64,000 bases of DNA from an uncultured virus (IMG/VR IMGVR_UViG_3300020169_000014). Taxonomy: Duplodnaviria; Heunggongvirae; Uroviricota; Caudoviricetes. The position numbers and the translations under genes were made by a program. Within the stretch, counting starts at the first letter, position 1; each line of letters starts with the position of its first letter. Under the pieces are notes generated by a model. That model saw only the letters and a list, made by a program, of their open reading frames with translations, did no database searches and was not told where the DNA came from. Positions 47,219 through 57,956 of this stretch are shown in pieces. The stretch spans positions 1 through 64,000 of IMG/VR virus record IMGVR_UViG_3300020169_000014. One strand, given 5' to 3'.

Positions 47219-48589
47219 CTAGATAGTAATTACGATTTTCAGGTCTTCGGTTTGATCGGTGGATCGCGTTACAGCTGAACGGTTATCAATATATAGTAGA
47301 TCCCCAGTGTACGGATTAAACTCACCGTCTACTTTACTGGTTATCGAACCGTTAATATTTGTGTTACCTACCACCTGAATTTCTTCTGCAACTTGGAAGG
47401 AAGTGAATCCAGTTGTTTCGTTTTGATGATACCAGATTGTATCCGAATCATTAGTGTTGTCGATGATTGCAACTGCGCCAGAAGTAACACCTTGAATCTG
47501 AGATTTTTGCACAATAGACTTGACAAATCCTGATCCATCGTGTATAATACTATTAAGTGCCAGAGCGGAAGTAGATGTAAGTAAAACACCTTCTGCACTA
47601 TCAACTCTTGGATTGCGTACCAATAACACTTGACGGAATATCTCGTCACCAGTAATAAAGTCACCGTTTTCAATACCATCTGGTTTGGAGTTAAACATAA
47701 CACCATTTGCCTTCAGGTCAATAACAGGATTAGATCCAACACCAGATGCTTGTCCCAATACAGGACGAACAATACAAGAGTCACCACCACCACCAGAAAT
47801 TAATACGTTTGCATAGTCGTAACCACTACCAAAGTAAGAGTTGCCCGAGTTACCCGCAGAGTCGGCCTTGACCTTGATGTCTACGATAGTCTCACCCGCA
47901 CGTACCGCATAAGCAATCGCACCAGTACCATTACCTACGATACTTACCGAAGGTGCAGATGTATAACCAGATCCACCATTAGTTACTTTATAACCAACGA
48001 TTTGTCCTTTTACCGCAGCGTTCTGGACTAGTTGTTGTTGTAGATCTTCGGCAGGAGAATCCGAGTCGGTTGAACCAACAAATCTTACAGGCATATATGC
48101 AGATGACAAAAACTTATCTGCACGTAATGCACCGATAGAGTAAAGGAACTTCCACGTGTAACCATCCGCAGTACGGAATGGTGTACCGGTAGTGTTACCA
48201 GTAGGTTGGTTGGTAGATAACTGCGAAGAACCATCCTGTTTCTTACCCTGTTCCAAACAGATGTAAATCTCGTTATTCGAGTTGATTACATAGAAAGGAT
48301 TCTCGGGGAAACCTACATCGTTATCATCATATGCAGAGTAGATAAGGTTAGCAACCCATATTCTACGTGGAATTACATATGAGGCATCTTCGATGAGTTT
48401 TGCAGATTGCAAAGAATTTCTTGCCTGTCTGACAGAACGTGAATCATTAGTAGGAACAGTCGCAAGATCAGAAGCATTCCAATCTTCGGATCTACCAATG
48501 GCCGCATAGTATCTTACAGAAGAAGAGTCCAAGTCCGTAAGAAGATCATCTAAGACCTGTTTTTTAAATTGATCGGTAATTACTGGCAT
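47219..48589 (-). CDS. gp8: Baseplate wedge subunit
   Basis: IGRSEDW, VIPRRIW, FYVINS..IYICL, DGYTWKFLYSI, GDLLYIDNR, QTEDLKIVI. Confidence 0.9.
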   Translation of the reverse strand: MPVITDQFKKQVLDDLLTDLDSSSVRYYAAIGRSEDWNASDLATVPTNDSRSVRQARNSLQSAKLIEDASYVIPRRIWVANLIYSAYDDNDVGFPENPFYVINSNNEIYICLEQGKKQDGSSQLSTNQPTGNTTGTPFRTADGYTWKFLYSIGALRADKFLSSAYMPVRFVGSTDSDSPAEDLQQQLVQNAAVKGQIVGYKVTNGGSGYTSAPSVSIVGNGTGAIAYAVRAGETIVDIKVKADSAGNSGNSYFGSGYDYANVLISGGGGDSCIVRPVLGQASGVGSNPVIDLKANGVMFNSKPDGIENGDFITGDEIFRQVLLVRNPRVDSAEGVLLTSTSALALNSIIHDGSGFVKSIVQKSQIQGVTSGAVAIIDNTNDSDTIWYHQNETTGFTSFQVAEEIQVVGNTNINGSITSKVDGEFNPYTGDLLYIDNRSAVTRSTDQTEDLKIVITI

Positions 48590-48602
48590 TTTTTATATAT
48601 TC

Positions 48603-49604
48603 CTACGAAGTTGTTACGTTATCAGTTTTATTTATCACAATCCACTGAGTCCCAAACCACATCAAAGTAACAGATTCGTTCTGTGGTAGTATAAGACTTG
48701 CATACGCAGCAAGATTACTTGAAGTTTCGTTAATAGTTTGTGTACCCGCACCTTTATTAACAAGATATTTAACTTCACCATTTAGTCCAGATGTACCACT
48801 CGCTAAACTGTGTGCACCGGTAGTACTATTGGTGAATAATGTTATTGGTGAATTTGCACTTACAGTACCACCACCTGTCGAAATACCCTGTGTTTTTAAT
48901 ACAAGTTTAGAGTCAACTTTAACTCCACCATTACCCGAACCCTTGAGTGATAGTGCGGAGTTTGGTTCACCCGCAGCTTGCACTATTGCAGGTACGCTAG
49001 TGGGGGAGTTACCAATTCGAATAAAGTTTGTTGCAGAACCGGAGTCTTGGAATTGTATTAATTCGTTACCCGCACTATCAAGAATCTCTTTACCGATAAC
49101 CGGAGAGTTAAGAGTAGGATTCTGAAGTGTCTTGTTCTTTAATATTGCGGTGTGGTCATTAAATACAAAAGTATCTGCCGCACCCAACAGTGGTAATGTA
49201 ATTGTTCTATTCGCAGCCAACTCATTCACTGCAACCACATATCTGTGATTCGATGAAGTGTCATTAATCTGTGGGGTAGTCAAAATAGGACTTAGTAAAG
49301 TCTTGTTAGACAATGTTTGTGTTGCAGAGTCCATAACCAATGCACCAGAATAGTTCGGTATTGTAACCGTGTTATCTGCTGTTGGGTTAGCGACTTGCAA
49401 ACGAGTCTCAAAATTGTTCTCGACAGATCCTTCGAATATAATACCCGAAGAGTCAAAGTCGATCAACGCCATCAGAGATGCACCATCTCCAAGTTTGCTG
49501 TAGATCTCTTGGAAGTTTTGTTCAATCTTCAACGATGCAGTACGAAGTGTATCACCCGTACCATCGTTCGCGATTGTGCCTCTGTTTAATACTTGTCTAG
49601 TCAT
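48603..49604 (-). CDS. Baseplate/fibre connector with gp9/gp10-type N-terminus
   Basis: NRGTIANDGTGDTLR...KIEQNFQEIY; L.NKTL..P repeats. Confidence 0.7.
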   Translation of the reverse strand: MTRQVLNRGTIANDGTGDTLRTASLKIEQNFQEIYSKLGDGASLMALIDFDSSGIIFEGSVENNFETRLQVANPTADNTVTIPNYSGALVMDSATQTLSNKTLLSPILTTPQINDTSSNHRYVVAVNELAANRTITLPLLGAADTFVFNDHTAILKNKTLQNPTLNSPVIGKEILDSAGNELIQFQDSGSATNFIRIGNSPTSVPAIVQAAGEPNSALSLKGSGNGGVKVDSKLVLKTQGISTGGGTVSANSPITLFTNSTTGAHSLASGTSGLNGEVKYLVNKGAGTQTINETSSNLAAYASLILPQNESVTLMWFGTQWIVINKTDNVTTS

Positions 49605-49632
49605 TCTCTTTTTACCTAAAGATTATATGTTC

Positions 49633-49640
49633 TATTTATA
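49633..49640 (-). promoter_or_regulatory. T4-type late promoter
   Basis: TATAAATA; the following leader resembles the one at 53073-53080. Confidence 0.75.
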
Positions 49641-50750
49641 CTAATAATTGTTATCTATTACTTCACGGAGAGAAATTTCTCCATCAGAATCTCCGACCGG
49701 AGTCTGGAATAGATTATTATCAGAATCTATACGAGAAACCTGTGGGTTCCACGTGAAGGTTTCTTGATCTATACTTTCTGTAGATGATAAATCGAATCCA
49801 GAGTAAGTAGTTGAACCGTCACTATCATCATCCAACGTTGGGGAATCAGGCGTGAGGTATTCACCAAGACTTGAATACAGTCTATCGAGGTTATCGATTG
49901 TAAGATCTTGCACGTCATTCAGGTCATTACCCATAGGTATACCCAGATACAATTCACTTGAGTCTCTGGCCAGGCCTGCACTACTACCCATATTTGTTCG
50001 GAACTTCAAAGTTCCTCCTTCATCGGTCGCACCAAAGTCGAATAGTGCGGTATGTTGTTGGAAACCAAGTGGTGATAATCCACCAATACCTTCCAATACA
50101 ATCGGTGGTTTGATTGCTTCGCCCGGATCATACTGTAACTGATCTATTGATGCAGTACCTACGATTTGAGTGAGACCACCAAGGTACATACCGGCAGGAT
50201 GCACCATGAGTTTATATGCATCACGCCATTGCGCAAGAGAAAGTTCTGATCTAATCTGTATTGCGTAGGTTTGATATAGTTTATTGTCAGTAAGGTACCT
50301 TGCACTCTCTGCACCAACCTTAGACTCATTCAACTTGAATATGTATTGTTTTGTGTAAACAACATCTGGTTCAATGTCAAAGAAAGTTTTAAAGAATTGT
50401 CGAATACTGTATCTAGTACCTTTGGCACGATACAGATAACTTGAGTATTTTACTGCGGTTCTTTTATCAACAAACCCTTGAAAGTAATTCTGACCTAACA
50501 GATACTCATCTTCAAAATAAGTAAGAAGATCCAAATCTGTTTGTGACACATCTCGCGTCTCGAACATGTTGTTCAAAAAACGAGTCAACGAATCTTCTTG
50601 ATTCTCAAAGTCAAAGTAGGCCTTGATGAAACTTACAAACTTAGGATACTCTGCAAGGATATGCGAAGGTAAGACGGACTCGATCTGATCCGCTCTCAGA
50701 TTGATGTCACGTCTTGTAGTATCTTTATGTGTTTTATCGAATATTGACAT
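49641..50750 (-). CDS. Baseplate wedge protein (short gp7-like)
   Basis: LPSHILAEYPKFVSFIKAYFDF, YRAKGT..SI..FF, HPAGM; follows gp6. Confidence 0.75.
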   Translation of the reverse strand: MSIFDKTHKDTTRRDINLRADQIESVLPSHILAEYPKFVSFIKAYFDFENQEDSLTRFLNNMFETRDVSQTDLDLLTYFEDEYLLGQNYFQGFVDKRTAVKYSSYLYRAKGTRYSIRQFFKTFFDIEPDVVYTKQYIFKLNESKVGAESARYLTDNKLYQTYAIQIRSELSLAQWRDAYKLMVHPAGMYLGGLTQIVGTASIDQLQYDPGEAIKPPIVLEGIGGLSPLGFQQHTALFDFGATDEGGTLKFRTNMGSSAGLARDSSELYLGIPMGNDLNDVQDLTIDNLDRLYSSLGEYLTPDSPTLDDDSDGSTTYSGFDLSSTESIDQETFTWNPQVSRIDSDNNLFQTPVGDSDGEISLREVIDNNY

Positions 50751-52597
50751 TAGTTACTCGCTGTGGTACGTAAACCTTTCGCACTTAATCTCGTATTATC
50801 ATAATCTAGAATGTATTCTCTCTGTGGTACTATAGCACTTGCGTTAGCAGGAGTACATGAAAGTTTGATCAACTTCGATTCGTCCGACTTAAATCCTACA
50901 AGATTGATGATACCAGAACCGGATTCGTAGAAACCGATGTTGTCGGACTTCACGTCACCTGTACCAACATCAATGATCTGGAGTTTGTTTGTGGTCAGAA
51001 GATTTCTAATCTTACAGTTTAATGATTGTCCACCAAAGGTACGTTTGAACGTAGAAGATTCTATAATGAAGTTCACATCATCCGGATTGGCGATAGGAGA
51101 AGGAAAACTAAATTTGAAATCCTGTTCTACACCAGCCGAAGGCGTGAAACGTTGTTGCATCTTCACATCTGCGCGAGATGATAGAATAGCAGGACTCACG
51201 TCATCCACCAAAGTCAATAAGTTAGACCTACGGAATGCCTGTCCAAACTTACCGGTATTGGTCGAGAAGTAATCTAGCATTACACCTTTAACTTGTTCTT
51301 GAAGTGCATTGATCGACAAGTTAGTATAGTCCGGATTGTATTGGAAGAAGACATTGGTTTCGACAAAAGTCTCTACCGGATCAGTAAATTGTAATCCAAA
51401 CGAAGCAATAGAAAGTTGATCGACCAACACTCTGATATCGTCTTTAGTGATATCTTCTAGGGATTGTGTAACATCCCCTTTGAATTTTATTGACAGGAAA
51501 GTCTGACCATATTCTGGTTGAAGATTGTCTTCTCCACCCCATGCGATAATGTCTTCGATCAATGCACCATATGAACGTAACACCAAGTTAGCATAGTCAA
51601 CGTGTGTTACCATTCTATTCTGTGTTGCATATCGGAATGGCGCATTTCGTCTAATAGAATCCAATGTTTCTTTATTAGTACCACCAACAGATCTATTGAC
51701 TGTTGATACTACAGGTAATCTTTGTAGACCACTACCACTAGTCGGTTCGGTCACTTCTACCGTATTAAGGGGTTCGAATAATCGTCCACCATTTGCATTC
51801 GCACCATCTACCGAGAGATACTCAACTGTGATCTTTGCACCAGCTTTAGGTACCGCACCAAGTGTGGAACCATTACCAAAGGTTAACTCATAGTAACCAT
51901 TTGGTGCTTCCTTTAGAATGTATGCAGGAGTGGTTGCAGTTATATTAGTTGCGGTTTCTAGATTGACATAAGTGGTAAAGTCATCCGAAGTCGAACTCTC
52001 GTATATCTTAACTACCGCAGTCGCACGGTCAAGGTTAAGATCGGGAATGATGTACATAGTTTCTTCTGCATCTTCCCCTGCAAAGAAAGTTTTAGTCTTT
52101 GCAACACCTTCGTAAATAGGGATACTGGTAGAACCCGACAGTGTTGTGAACTGGAAGAAGTTGTTACCATCATTAGTAGCCTGAATCAATTCCTGAGTCT
52201 GGAATGTATAAGACGCATCATCAATAGCTGCGGTAAACTTATATCCAGATGCAATCTGTAGAGTTTCGGGTACATCTGATTGATCGATACCAATGTTGAA
52301 AGACATGTTGATATTTGCTTGTGCCGCAGTTTTTGACTGTGGTACATAACCCAGTGTCTCTGCGTGTGATACGACCGAAGATCTCAACTGTGCAGTATTC
52401 AAGAATGATTCATTCAATGCCATATTTGCAGTGAGACCATTCAAATGCGTATTGTAAGCCAATACATCCAATAGATTAGATATACCAGACGCTTCGAAGT
52501 CATAGTCCGAAAACTCCGACTGTTGTTTTAAATATGTCTTTAGATTGTTTTTGATTGCATCAAAATCTAAAGATGAGGAGTTAATAGTCGTTGCCAT
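50750..52597 (-). CDS. gp6: Baseplate wedge subunit
   Basis: LDFDAIKNNLK, DYDFEASG, LLDVLAYNTH, ESFLNTAQLRSSV, QNRMVT..DY, AWGGED. Confidence 0.95.
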   Translation of the reverse strand: MATTINSSSLDFDAIKNNLKTYLKQQSEFSDYDFEASGISNLLDVLAYNTHLNGLTANMALNESFLNTAQLRSSVVSHAETLGYVPQSKTAAQANINMSFNIGIDQSDVPETLQIASGYKFTAAIDDASYTFQTQELIQATNDGNNFFQFTTLSGSTSIPIYEGVAKTKTFFAGEDAEETMYIIPDLNLDRATAVVKIYESSTSDDFTTYVNLETATNITATTPAYILKEAPNGYYELTFGNGSTLGAVPKAGAKITVEYLSVDGANANGGRLFEPLNTVEVTEPTSGSGLQRLPVVSTVNRSVGGTNKETLDSIRRNAPFRYATQNRMVTHVDYANLVLRSYGALIEDIIAWGGEDNLQPEYGQTFLSIKFKGDVTQSLEDITKDDIRVLVDQLSIASFGLQFTDPVETFVETNVFFQYNPDYTNLSINALQEQVKGVMLDYFSTNTGKFGQAFRRSNLLTLVDDVSPAILSSRADVKMQQRFTPSAGVEQDFKFSFPSPIANPDDVNFIIESSTFKRTFGGQSLNCKIRNLLTTNKLQIIDVGTGDVKSDNIGFYESGSGIINLVGFKSDESKLIKLSCTPANASAIVPQREYILDYDNTRLSAKGLRTTASN

Positions 52598-53046
52598 TAT
52601 CGTAACCTATTCAGTCTGGTTGTAAATTCTACGGATTGACTAGAATTTACGATGTTAAAAATTATCGTAAGTGTAACACTGTTTCCGTTCTCATCTACTT
52701 CGGGAATTACTTGTAGAGTTTCGGAATTTATTCTTGGTTCGAAAACACGAATATTCTGTATAATCGCATTCTGCATTTGATTGATTGTGCCTTGATCCAT
52801 CAACTCAAAAAGATAACTATTGAGGTTCGCACCAAAGTATGGAGAAAAAGGTTTCTCGGTGCGGTTGGTCATCAATAAGTTTTTCAAAGATTGTGTGACA
52901 GATGATACCGCAGTTTTCTTATACACGTCACCGGCACCCTTCGCTGCAAACGAAAGGTCAATGTCGATATACTCATTGTTCGATGTCGATTTGACAGTTG
53001 AAAAGTTTCCTAATCCCCCGTCTTCTATAGAAAATGCTCTAGCCAT
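52597..53046 (-). CDS. gp25: Baseplate wedge subunit
   Basis: DIDLSF, SLKNLLMTNRTEKPFSPYFG, FEPRI. Confidence 0.92.
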   Translation of the reverse strand: MARAFSIEDGGLGNFSTVKSTSNNEYIDIDLSFAAKGAGDVYKKTAVSSVTQSLKNLLMTNRTEKPFSPYFGANLNSYLFELMDQGTINQMQNAIIQNIRVFEPRINSETLQVIPEVDENGNSVTLTIIFNIVNSSQSVEFTTRLNRLR

Positions 53047-53072
53047 TTGTCTTTCCTAAAATATTATAGTTC

Positions 53073-53080
53073 TATTTATA
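53073..53080 (-). promoter_or_regulatory. T4-type late promoter upstream of gp25
   Basis: TATAAATA on the minus strand. Confidence 0.75.
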
Positions 53081-53693
53081 CATCTTCGAGAACTTCTACC
53101 AACTCATTCTTTGCAAAAAGTATTCCGTTGTATCTTGTTTCCAATTCATTTTTATAGTATAACTTCCAAGTAATTCCATCTACCTTTGGCATTACGACTG
53201 TTACTTGTGCATTGAGTTTTCCTGTTGGATCCCACTTATCATATTCTAGAATAAGTTTATCGTATCCAACATAGTCCTTGATATACTCAGCAAGATCGAA
53301 TGTTCTTTCATAATCGATCTCACCCTTCTCATCAACTACTTTGTAACTTACCATTTGACCGTCTTGTTTTAGAAGATTTTCTCCTGCAACTGTTTCTAGA
53401 GGGCCACCACGATAAACCCCTTCCGATACAATAAGACGCACATCTTTGAACATGTCAATGTTTCCATTGATTCTACGGAACAACTCTGCGTGTAGATAGA
53501 GATTGTATGCAAGTTGTTGTCTATCATTAGGACTGTTTTGATATTTGTCTATGGTCGATAAACTACATGGGTTTCCTTTACTGCCAAGAAACTTAGAGAC
53601 TGATACTCCAGGCGCAAGTTTAGTGAACGAAGTAATATCCTTCGCATCAACTAAAGCTGGATTGTATTTCTGATCTGGTACAATTGTTATCAT
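53076..53693 (-). CDS. Hypothetical protein in the baseplate cluster
   Basis: 205-aa ORF whose start overlaps the upstream stop; no recognised motif. Confidence 0.7.
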   Translation of the reverse strand: MITIVPDQKYNPALVDAKDITSFTKLAPGVSVSKFLGSKGNPCSLSTIDKYQNSPNDRQQLAYNLYLHAELFRRINGNIDMFKDVRLIVSEGVYRGGPLETVAGENLLKQDGQMVSYKVVDEKGEIDYERTFDLAEYIKDYVGYDKLILEYDKWDPTGKLNAQVTVVMPKVDGITWKLYYKNELETRYNGILFAKNELVEVLEDV

Positions 53694-55126
53694 TTGAATC
53701 TTTTACCTCTATTCTTCACGGAGTTACCAAGTGGAGTATAACCAAATCTTGGAGATGTTTCTTTCTTGGCAATACGTCCTACCTTCGGAGGTAAAGGATT
53801 TTCCCAGTCGGATGCAATCATACCATTCTTTATCAGTGCATCGGGGAATGAGATACCTTTCTCGTTCACGATTGTTCTGTTCGCTTCGTCTCGCATGGTA
53901 GATCGAATTTCATTTATAGTGGGTTCTTTTTCAAACAGTCCCGCATAGTCATCACGTAACAGTATATGATTGCGTATTGCATCTTTACTATCAATTGATA
54001 TTGCACGTATAGACAAATGTCCATCTGACAGAAGACCTGCAACTGCATCTGTCTTAGGTATTGGTTTCAGTGGAGATAAAGATTCCATATTCTTAGGCAC
54101 ATCAGGCGCCCCTCCGGAGGGTTGTCCACCTTTCTCCTTGGATGCAAGTTGCGCAGTCTTCGCATTCTCTGCTTTATGCGCATACTTGGATTTGATTGCT
54201 TCGAGTGCCTGTCCATGGAAAGAACCATAGAATGATGCACCCGAAGTAAATGGTACCGCACCTTGTGGCCCCATGTAAACAGGGCCAGTGAACTCGACTT
54301 GTTCCCCTCCAATCGCACCTTTCATACCAAGTACTGATATTTCAGTTGCAGAGATATTACCCTGCAATGCAGTCATCACAAATTCTTCTTCGGCAGATAC
54401 ATGGAAACGATTACCGGTGAACATTTCAATCTCAGCACCTACGTTATTTTTCCAATGACCTTTGATGGTACCATAACAGTTACCCAAAACAATATCTGAT
54501 TTGTGTTCGACTGTCTTGTTTACCGCAGTACCTTTAGTTGTATAATTGGTGTTCAGTCCTACCGTTGTGGTGTTGTTCTTACGTATCTCGGTGTTGGTAT
54601 TGCCATCAACGTTGACATTGTAATCACCCCCAACATTGACATTATAGTCACCTGTCACTTCAAGGTTGAGGTTTCCATTATACACCAACTTACCGTTACC
54701 TTCAACAATGACAGTTTGGTCACCACCAGTAACCTCGACCTTGTTATTGACCGCAGAGATGACCACAGACCCGTCTGCGCGGACTTCTACACCCGCACCC
54801 TTACGGTGTTTGATAAGAATACGTTCACCGCCAGGCGTGTCATCATACGAGATGATATGACCCGATGCGGTTTCTTTTACTTGGTTGAACGGGAAACGAG
54901 AAGGTTCTTGGTCTTCGAGATCCAAGTCTGTTCCTTCGGTACCACCACCAAGATAAAGATTCTCTACTTTGAGACCACGTGCAGATCTATTTAATGAAGA
55001 CCCATAATGATATTCCCTTTTGGGAAATTCTCCAGTAGGATCTTGGAAACCATCAATTGGAACACCTTCGGTATTTTCAATTGCAGGATTGTCACCTATC
55101 GTTTTTTTATTTGTTGTAGTTGTCAT
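53690..55126 (-). CDS. Baseplate spike, gp5 C-terminal beta-helix part
   Basis: FPFNQVKETASGHIISYDDTPGGERILIKHRKG, then VxGxxxxx repeats (VTGDYNVNVGGDYNVNVDGN). Confidence 0.85.
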   Translation of the reverse strand: MTTTTNKKTIGDNPAIENTEGVPIDGFQDPTGEFPKREYHYGSSLNRSARGLKVENLYLGGGTEGTDLDLEDQEPSRFPFNQVKETASGHIISYDDTPGGERILIKHRKGAGVEVRADGSVVISAVNNKVEVTGGDQTVIVEGNGKLVYNGNLNLEVTGDYNVNVGGDYNVNVDGNTNTEIRKNNTTTVGLNTNYTTKGTAVNKTVEHKSDIVLGNCYGTIKGHWKNNVGAEIEMFTGNRFHVSAEEEFVMTALQGNISATEISVLGMKGAIGGEQVEFTGPVYMGPQGAVPFTSGASFYGSFHGQALEAIKSKYAHKAENAKTAQLASKEKGGQPSGGAPDVPKNMESLSPLKPIPKTDAVAGLLSDGHLSIRAISIDSKDAIRNHILLRDDYAGLFEKEPTINEIRSTMRDEANRTIVNEKGISFPDALIKNGMIASDWENPLPPKVGRIAKKETSPRFGYTPLGNSVKNRGKRFK

Positions 55127-57084
55127 ACGGCCTTCTTCAGTTTCAGACCATTTCGGTCTAATGATGTTTCTGTCAATGGATCTGCGTAAACAGTCTTCTT
55201 ACCAAACTTGTTCTCAACAAAAGATATAACATCAAAGTACGGATCTTGAGATGAGATGTCAATGTCATTGTGACCGAGAACTTGACCGCCCGGAACTATC
55301 TGGTAGAATATTTCTAGAATATTTTCTAGTGTCTTCATCTGAGATATAGTGAATGAACTCGCGGACAAATTCAATAAAGGATTGTCAGCTTCGGTCGCGA
55401 CATTCACACCACCTACCAAACACACATCAATACAGTTAAACTTGTGGCGGTTGATGTCACTTGCATCCGCAACATTATCTAAGGGTAGTCCACGTTGAAG
55501 TGTTCCGTCACGTCTAATGACCAGATGGTATTGGATACCAACATGTCCTGCTTCGTTGTGTCTTAGTTGAATCTCTTCTGCACCAATGTTTGCATTCGTG
55601 TAGGTTTCACTTGCATGAATTACAACCTCGGATATCTGTCGAGTCATTTTAACAAACTCTAATCCAAGTTCTTCTTTAGAGTCTATGTAAGAAAATTCTC
55701 TAATATACCCTGCGGAATATCTTTTAGAGAGTTCCAATAGATCCAAATCTTCGGTGAAGAATTCACCCGCTTCGGAGACAACACTTCCTGCTATTGTAGT
55801 ATCTACTTGACTAAGTGCATTCTCAATCTTAACAGACTGATTTTTAAAGTTTTGTAATTCGGTCTCGGATATTCCGGCAGCTCTTGCTTTACTCTGAACC
55901 TTGAGATTAAATTCTTCAACATTATTAGCATCTGTGCCTCTAATTATTGTTTTTAATTCTGGAGATAATGTTTTATCTTTCAGTGTCAGTGCTTTGGTTG
56001 CTTTGGTGAGATTGATATCCCCGCCAGTCATGACATCGTTCATGATACCAGAGAGGAAATCTTTATCGAGTTCTTCACCTGCACCGAACAGTCCCGTAAG
56101 AATACCGCCGACCGAACCAGTCAAATCTTCGAATAGATCTTGTGCAGTACCAAATCCTAAGTTTATATCAGAAGAAACATTGTTAACAAGATCTGTTACC
56201 GCACTTCCGATACTACTTGTAATAGCACTGAACCCATCCGAGATTATACCTTTTGCTTCATTGAGTCCAGTCTCTAATGCGGAAGTCAGTGATCCTGTCG
56301 CTGTCGCAGATGCGTTGGCAATAGTATTACCGACACCTTCGACTGCGGATACCGCACTTGCAACTTCATCTAGTAAACCACCACTCTTTGACTTATTGGC
56401 AACTTCATCCAATTTACTCTGTACGTTCCCTATACCTTCGGTTATAGAAGCACCCAATTCATCACCACCGGCTTTGGCTTCGGATGCTGTTGTCTTGATC
56501 GAACTCAATAACGTACCTTTTCTTTCGGACGCATCTTCGATTGCACCGGCAAGTTCATCAAGTGCAGAACCACCCAATGAAACGATAGTGATACTTTCTA
56601 CAGGCGGAATGATTCCTGTCAATGATTTTGTAATCTCGGGAACAGTACTCGGTGAGTTTTCTCCGGTCTGTACTACGGTAGGTACTAATTCACCATCAAC
56701 CAATTGTGTTATTGGATTACCTGCGGAATCTTCGGTAGGGAGTCCGCTCCCATCTAAGACGAATTCTTCTACCTGAGTGGCTACATTTGTCACCGTGACA
56801 ATAGGAACGCCCACATCAGTTATCATATCAGATGGATCTGTATTAGGGTATACTCCCGCAGTAGGAAGTACTTGGGACAATGAACCTGTGGTATCAGTTT
56901 TTGAATTGTTGTCTAAACTTTTGAATCCGTTCACATCAACTTCTACATTCTTACCGAGTATAGTTGATGAATTCAGTATATTCGCATCCTGAGACTTTAC
57001 GACCTGTTGATTAAGGACATTTAAGTTTGCGGTTGATGTGACCTTTGCTTTGAGACCGTCATTAAGTGTTTGGAGACTAGACAT
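55123..57084 (-). CDS. Large protein with C-terminal N-acetylmuramoyl-L-alanine amidase (T7 lysozyme/Amidase_2-like) domain
   Basis: VVIHASET, IQYHLVIRRDG, IDVCLVGG, VLGHND, DPYFDV; long Ala/Ser/Gly-rich helical middle. Confidence 0.8.
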   Translation of the reverse strand: MSSLQTLNDGLKAKVTSTANLNVLNQQVVKSQDANILNSSTILGKNVEVDVNGFKSLDNNSKTDTTGSLSQVLPTAGVYPNTDPSDMITDVGVPIVTVTNVATQVEEFVLDGSGLPTEDSAGNPITQLVDGELVPTVVQTGENSPSTVPEITKSLTGIIPPVESITIVSLGGSALDELAGAIEDASERKGTLLSSIKTTASEAKAGGDELGASITEGIGNVQSKLDEVANKSKSGGLLDEVASAVSAVEGVGNTIANASATATGSLTSALETGLNEAKGIISDGFSAITSSIGSAVTDLVNNVSSDINLGFGTAQDLFEDLTGSVGGILTGLFGAGEELDKDFLSGIMNDVMTGGDINLTKATKALTLKDKTLSPELKTIIRGTDANNVEEFNLKVQSKARAAGISETELQNFKNQSVKIENALSQVDTTIAGSVVSEAGEFFTEDLDLLELSKRYSAGYIREFSYIDSKEELGLEFVKMTRQISEVVIHASETYTNANIGAEEIQLRHNEAGHVGIQYHLVIRRDGTLQRGLPLDNVADASDINRHKFNCIDVCLVGGVNVATEADNPLLNLSASSFTISQMKTLENILEIFYQIVPGGQVLGHNDIDISSQDPYFDVISFVENKFGKKTVYADPLTETSLDRNGLKLKKAV

Positions 57085-57086
57085 TT

Positions 57087-57956
57087 CTATACCTTCTTAT
57101 TCGCATATATTTCATATACTCTTTTTACTTCGCTGTTGTAATCATCTTGAATAGGAGCATAATGACGACCTATAATATTACCCAAAGATCTTGGTTTGGA
57201 TTTATCAATAACATCAGAATTCAAAATGCGAATGTTTGCATCTACGTGAGTAGTATTTAGTTCATATGATATGAATGCCAATTGTGTACTGAAATGCCAC
57301 CATTCATTACTGAATGCCTTCAGGCGAGTGAATCTAACACCACTCCAACCCATCAGTCCGGTACCGCCGATATTTGTATATGTGGTATCAAAAGAACTGT
57401 TAATACGTGAGATCGCACCCACAATCGCACAAGCTTGTTTGATACTGTATCCGGTAGAAAGAAAGAATTTGACAGCAATGTCTCTACGCAACTTCGAAGT
57501 AAACTCATCAGGAGTTTCATCTCTAAGTTCATTCTTCAATGCTTCCGAAGACTCATCAATAGAACCTGTTGATTGATTATAGAACTCTTGGTCTGGACTT
57601 ATTCTCTCAATCAAACTGTCGTATGCAACTTGTTTTTGAATCGAGGTAGGATATTCTGTACGGGGTAGTGAACCGATCACGATAGGAACTTGTGACTCGG
57701 TACCATCCATAAACATACCAAAGACAAAAGAACCCGCCTCAAGTCTTGGAGTAGAACCCAATCCAGACACACCACCCTCAGTGGTAGGTAATACTACCTG
57801 CGCCCATGGGAGATCATTCTGTCTCACTTCACGGGTAGATGGGTTGTGAATACCATGGATACGTACACGCACACGACCCTCCAACCCATAAGGTGGAGTG
57901 GTATCGATCACGTCAGCAACAAACCAACGAACCTTATCACCGTAGTAATTAATCAA
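57087..57956 (-). CDS. gp5 N-terminal OB-fold fused to a degenerate phage-tail-lysozyme-like domain
   Basis: GRVRVRIHGIH, DLPWA, VFGMFMDG..SQ.P.VIGSLP; then GYSIKQACAIVG...GLMGW...QLAFISYEL. Confidence 0.8.
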   Translation of the reverse strand: MINYYGDKVRWFVADVIDTTPPYGLEGRVRVRIHGIHNPSTREVRQNDLPWAQVVLPTTEGGVSGLGSTPRLEAGSFVFGMFMDGTESQVPIVIGSLPRTEYPTSIQKQVAYDSLIERISPDQEFYNQSTGSIDESSEALKNELRDETPDEFTSKLRRDIAVKFFLSTGYSIKQACAIVGAISRINSSFDTTYTNIGGTGLMGWSGVRFTRLKAFSNEWWHFSTQLAFISYELNTTHVDANIRILNSDVIDKSKPRSLGNIIGRHYAPIQDDYNSEVKRVYEIYANKKV

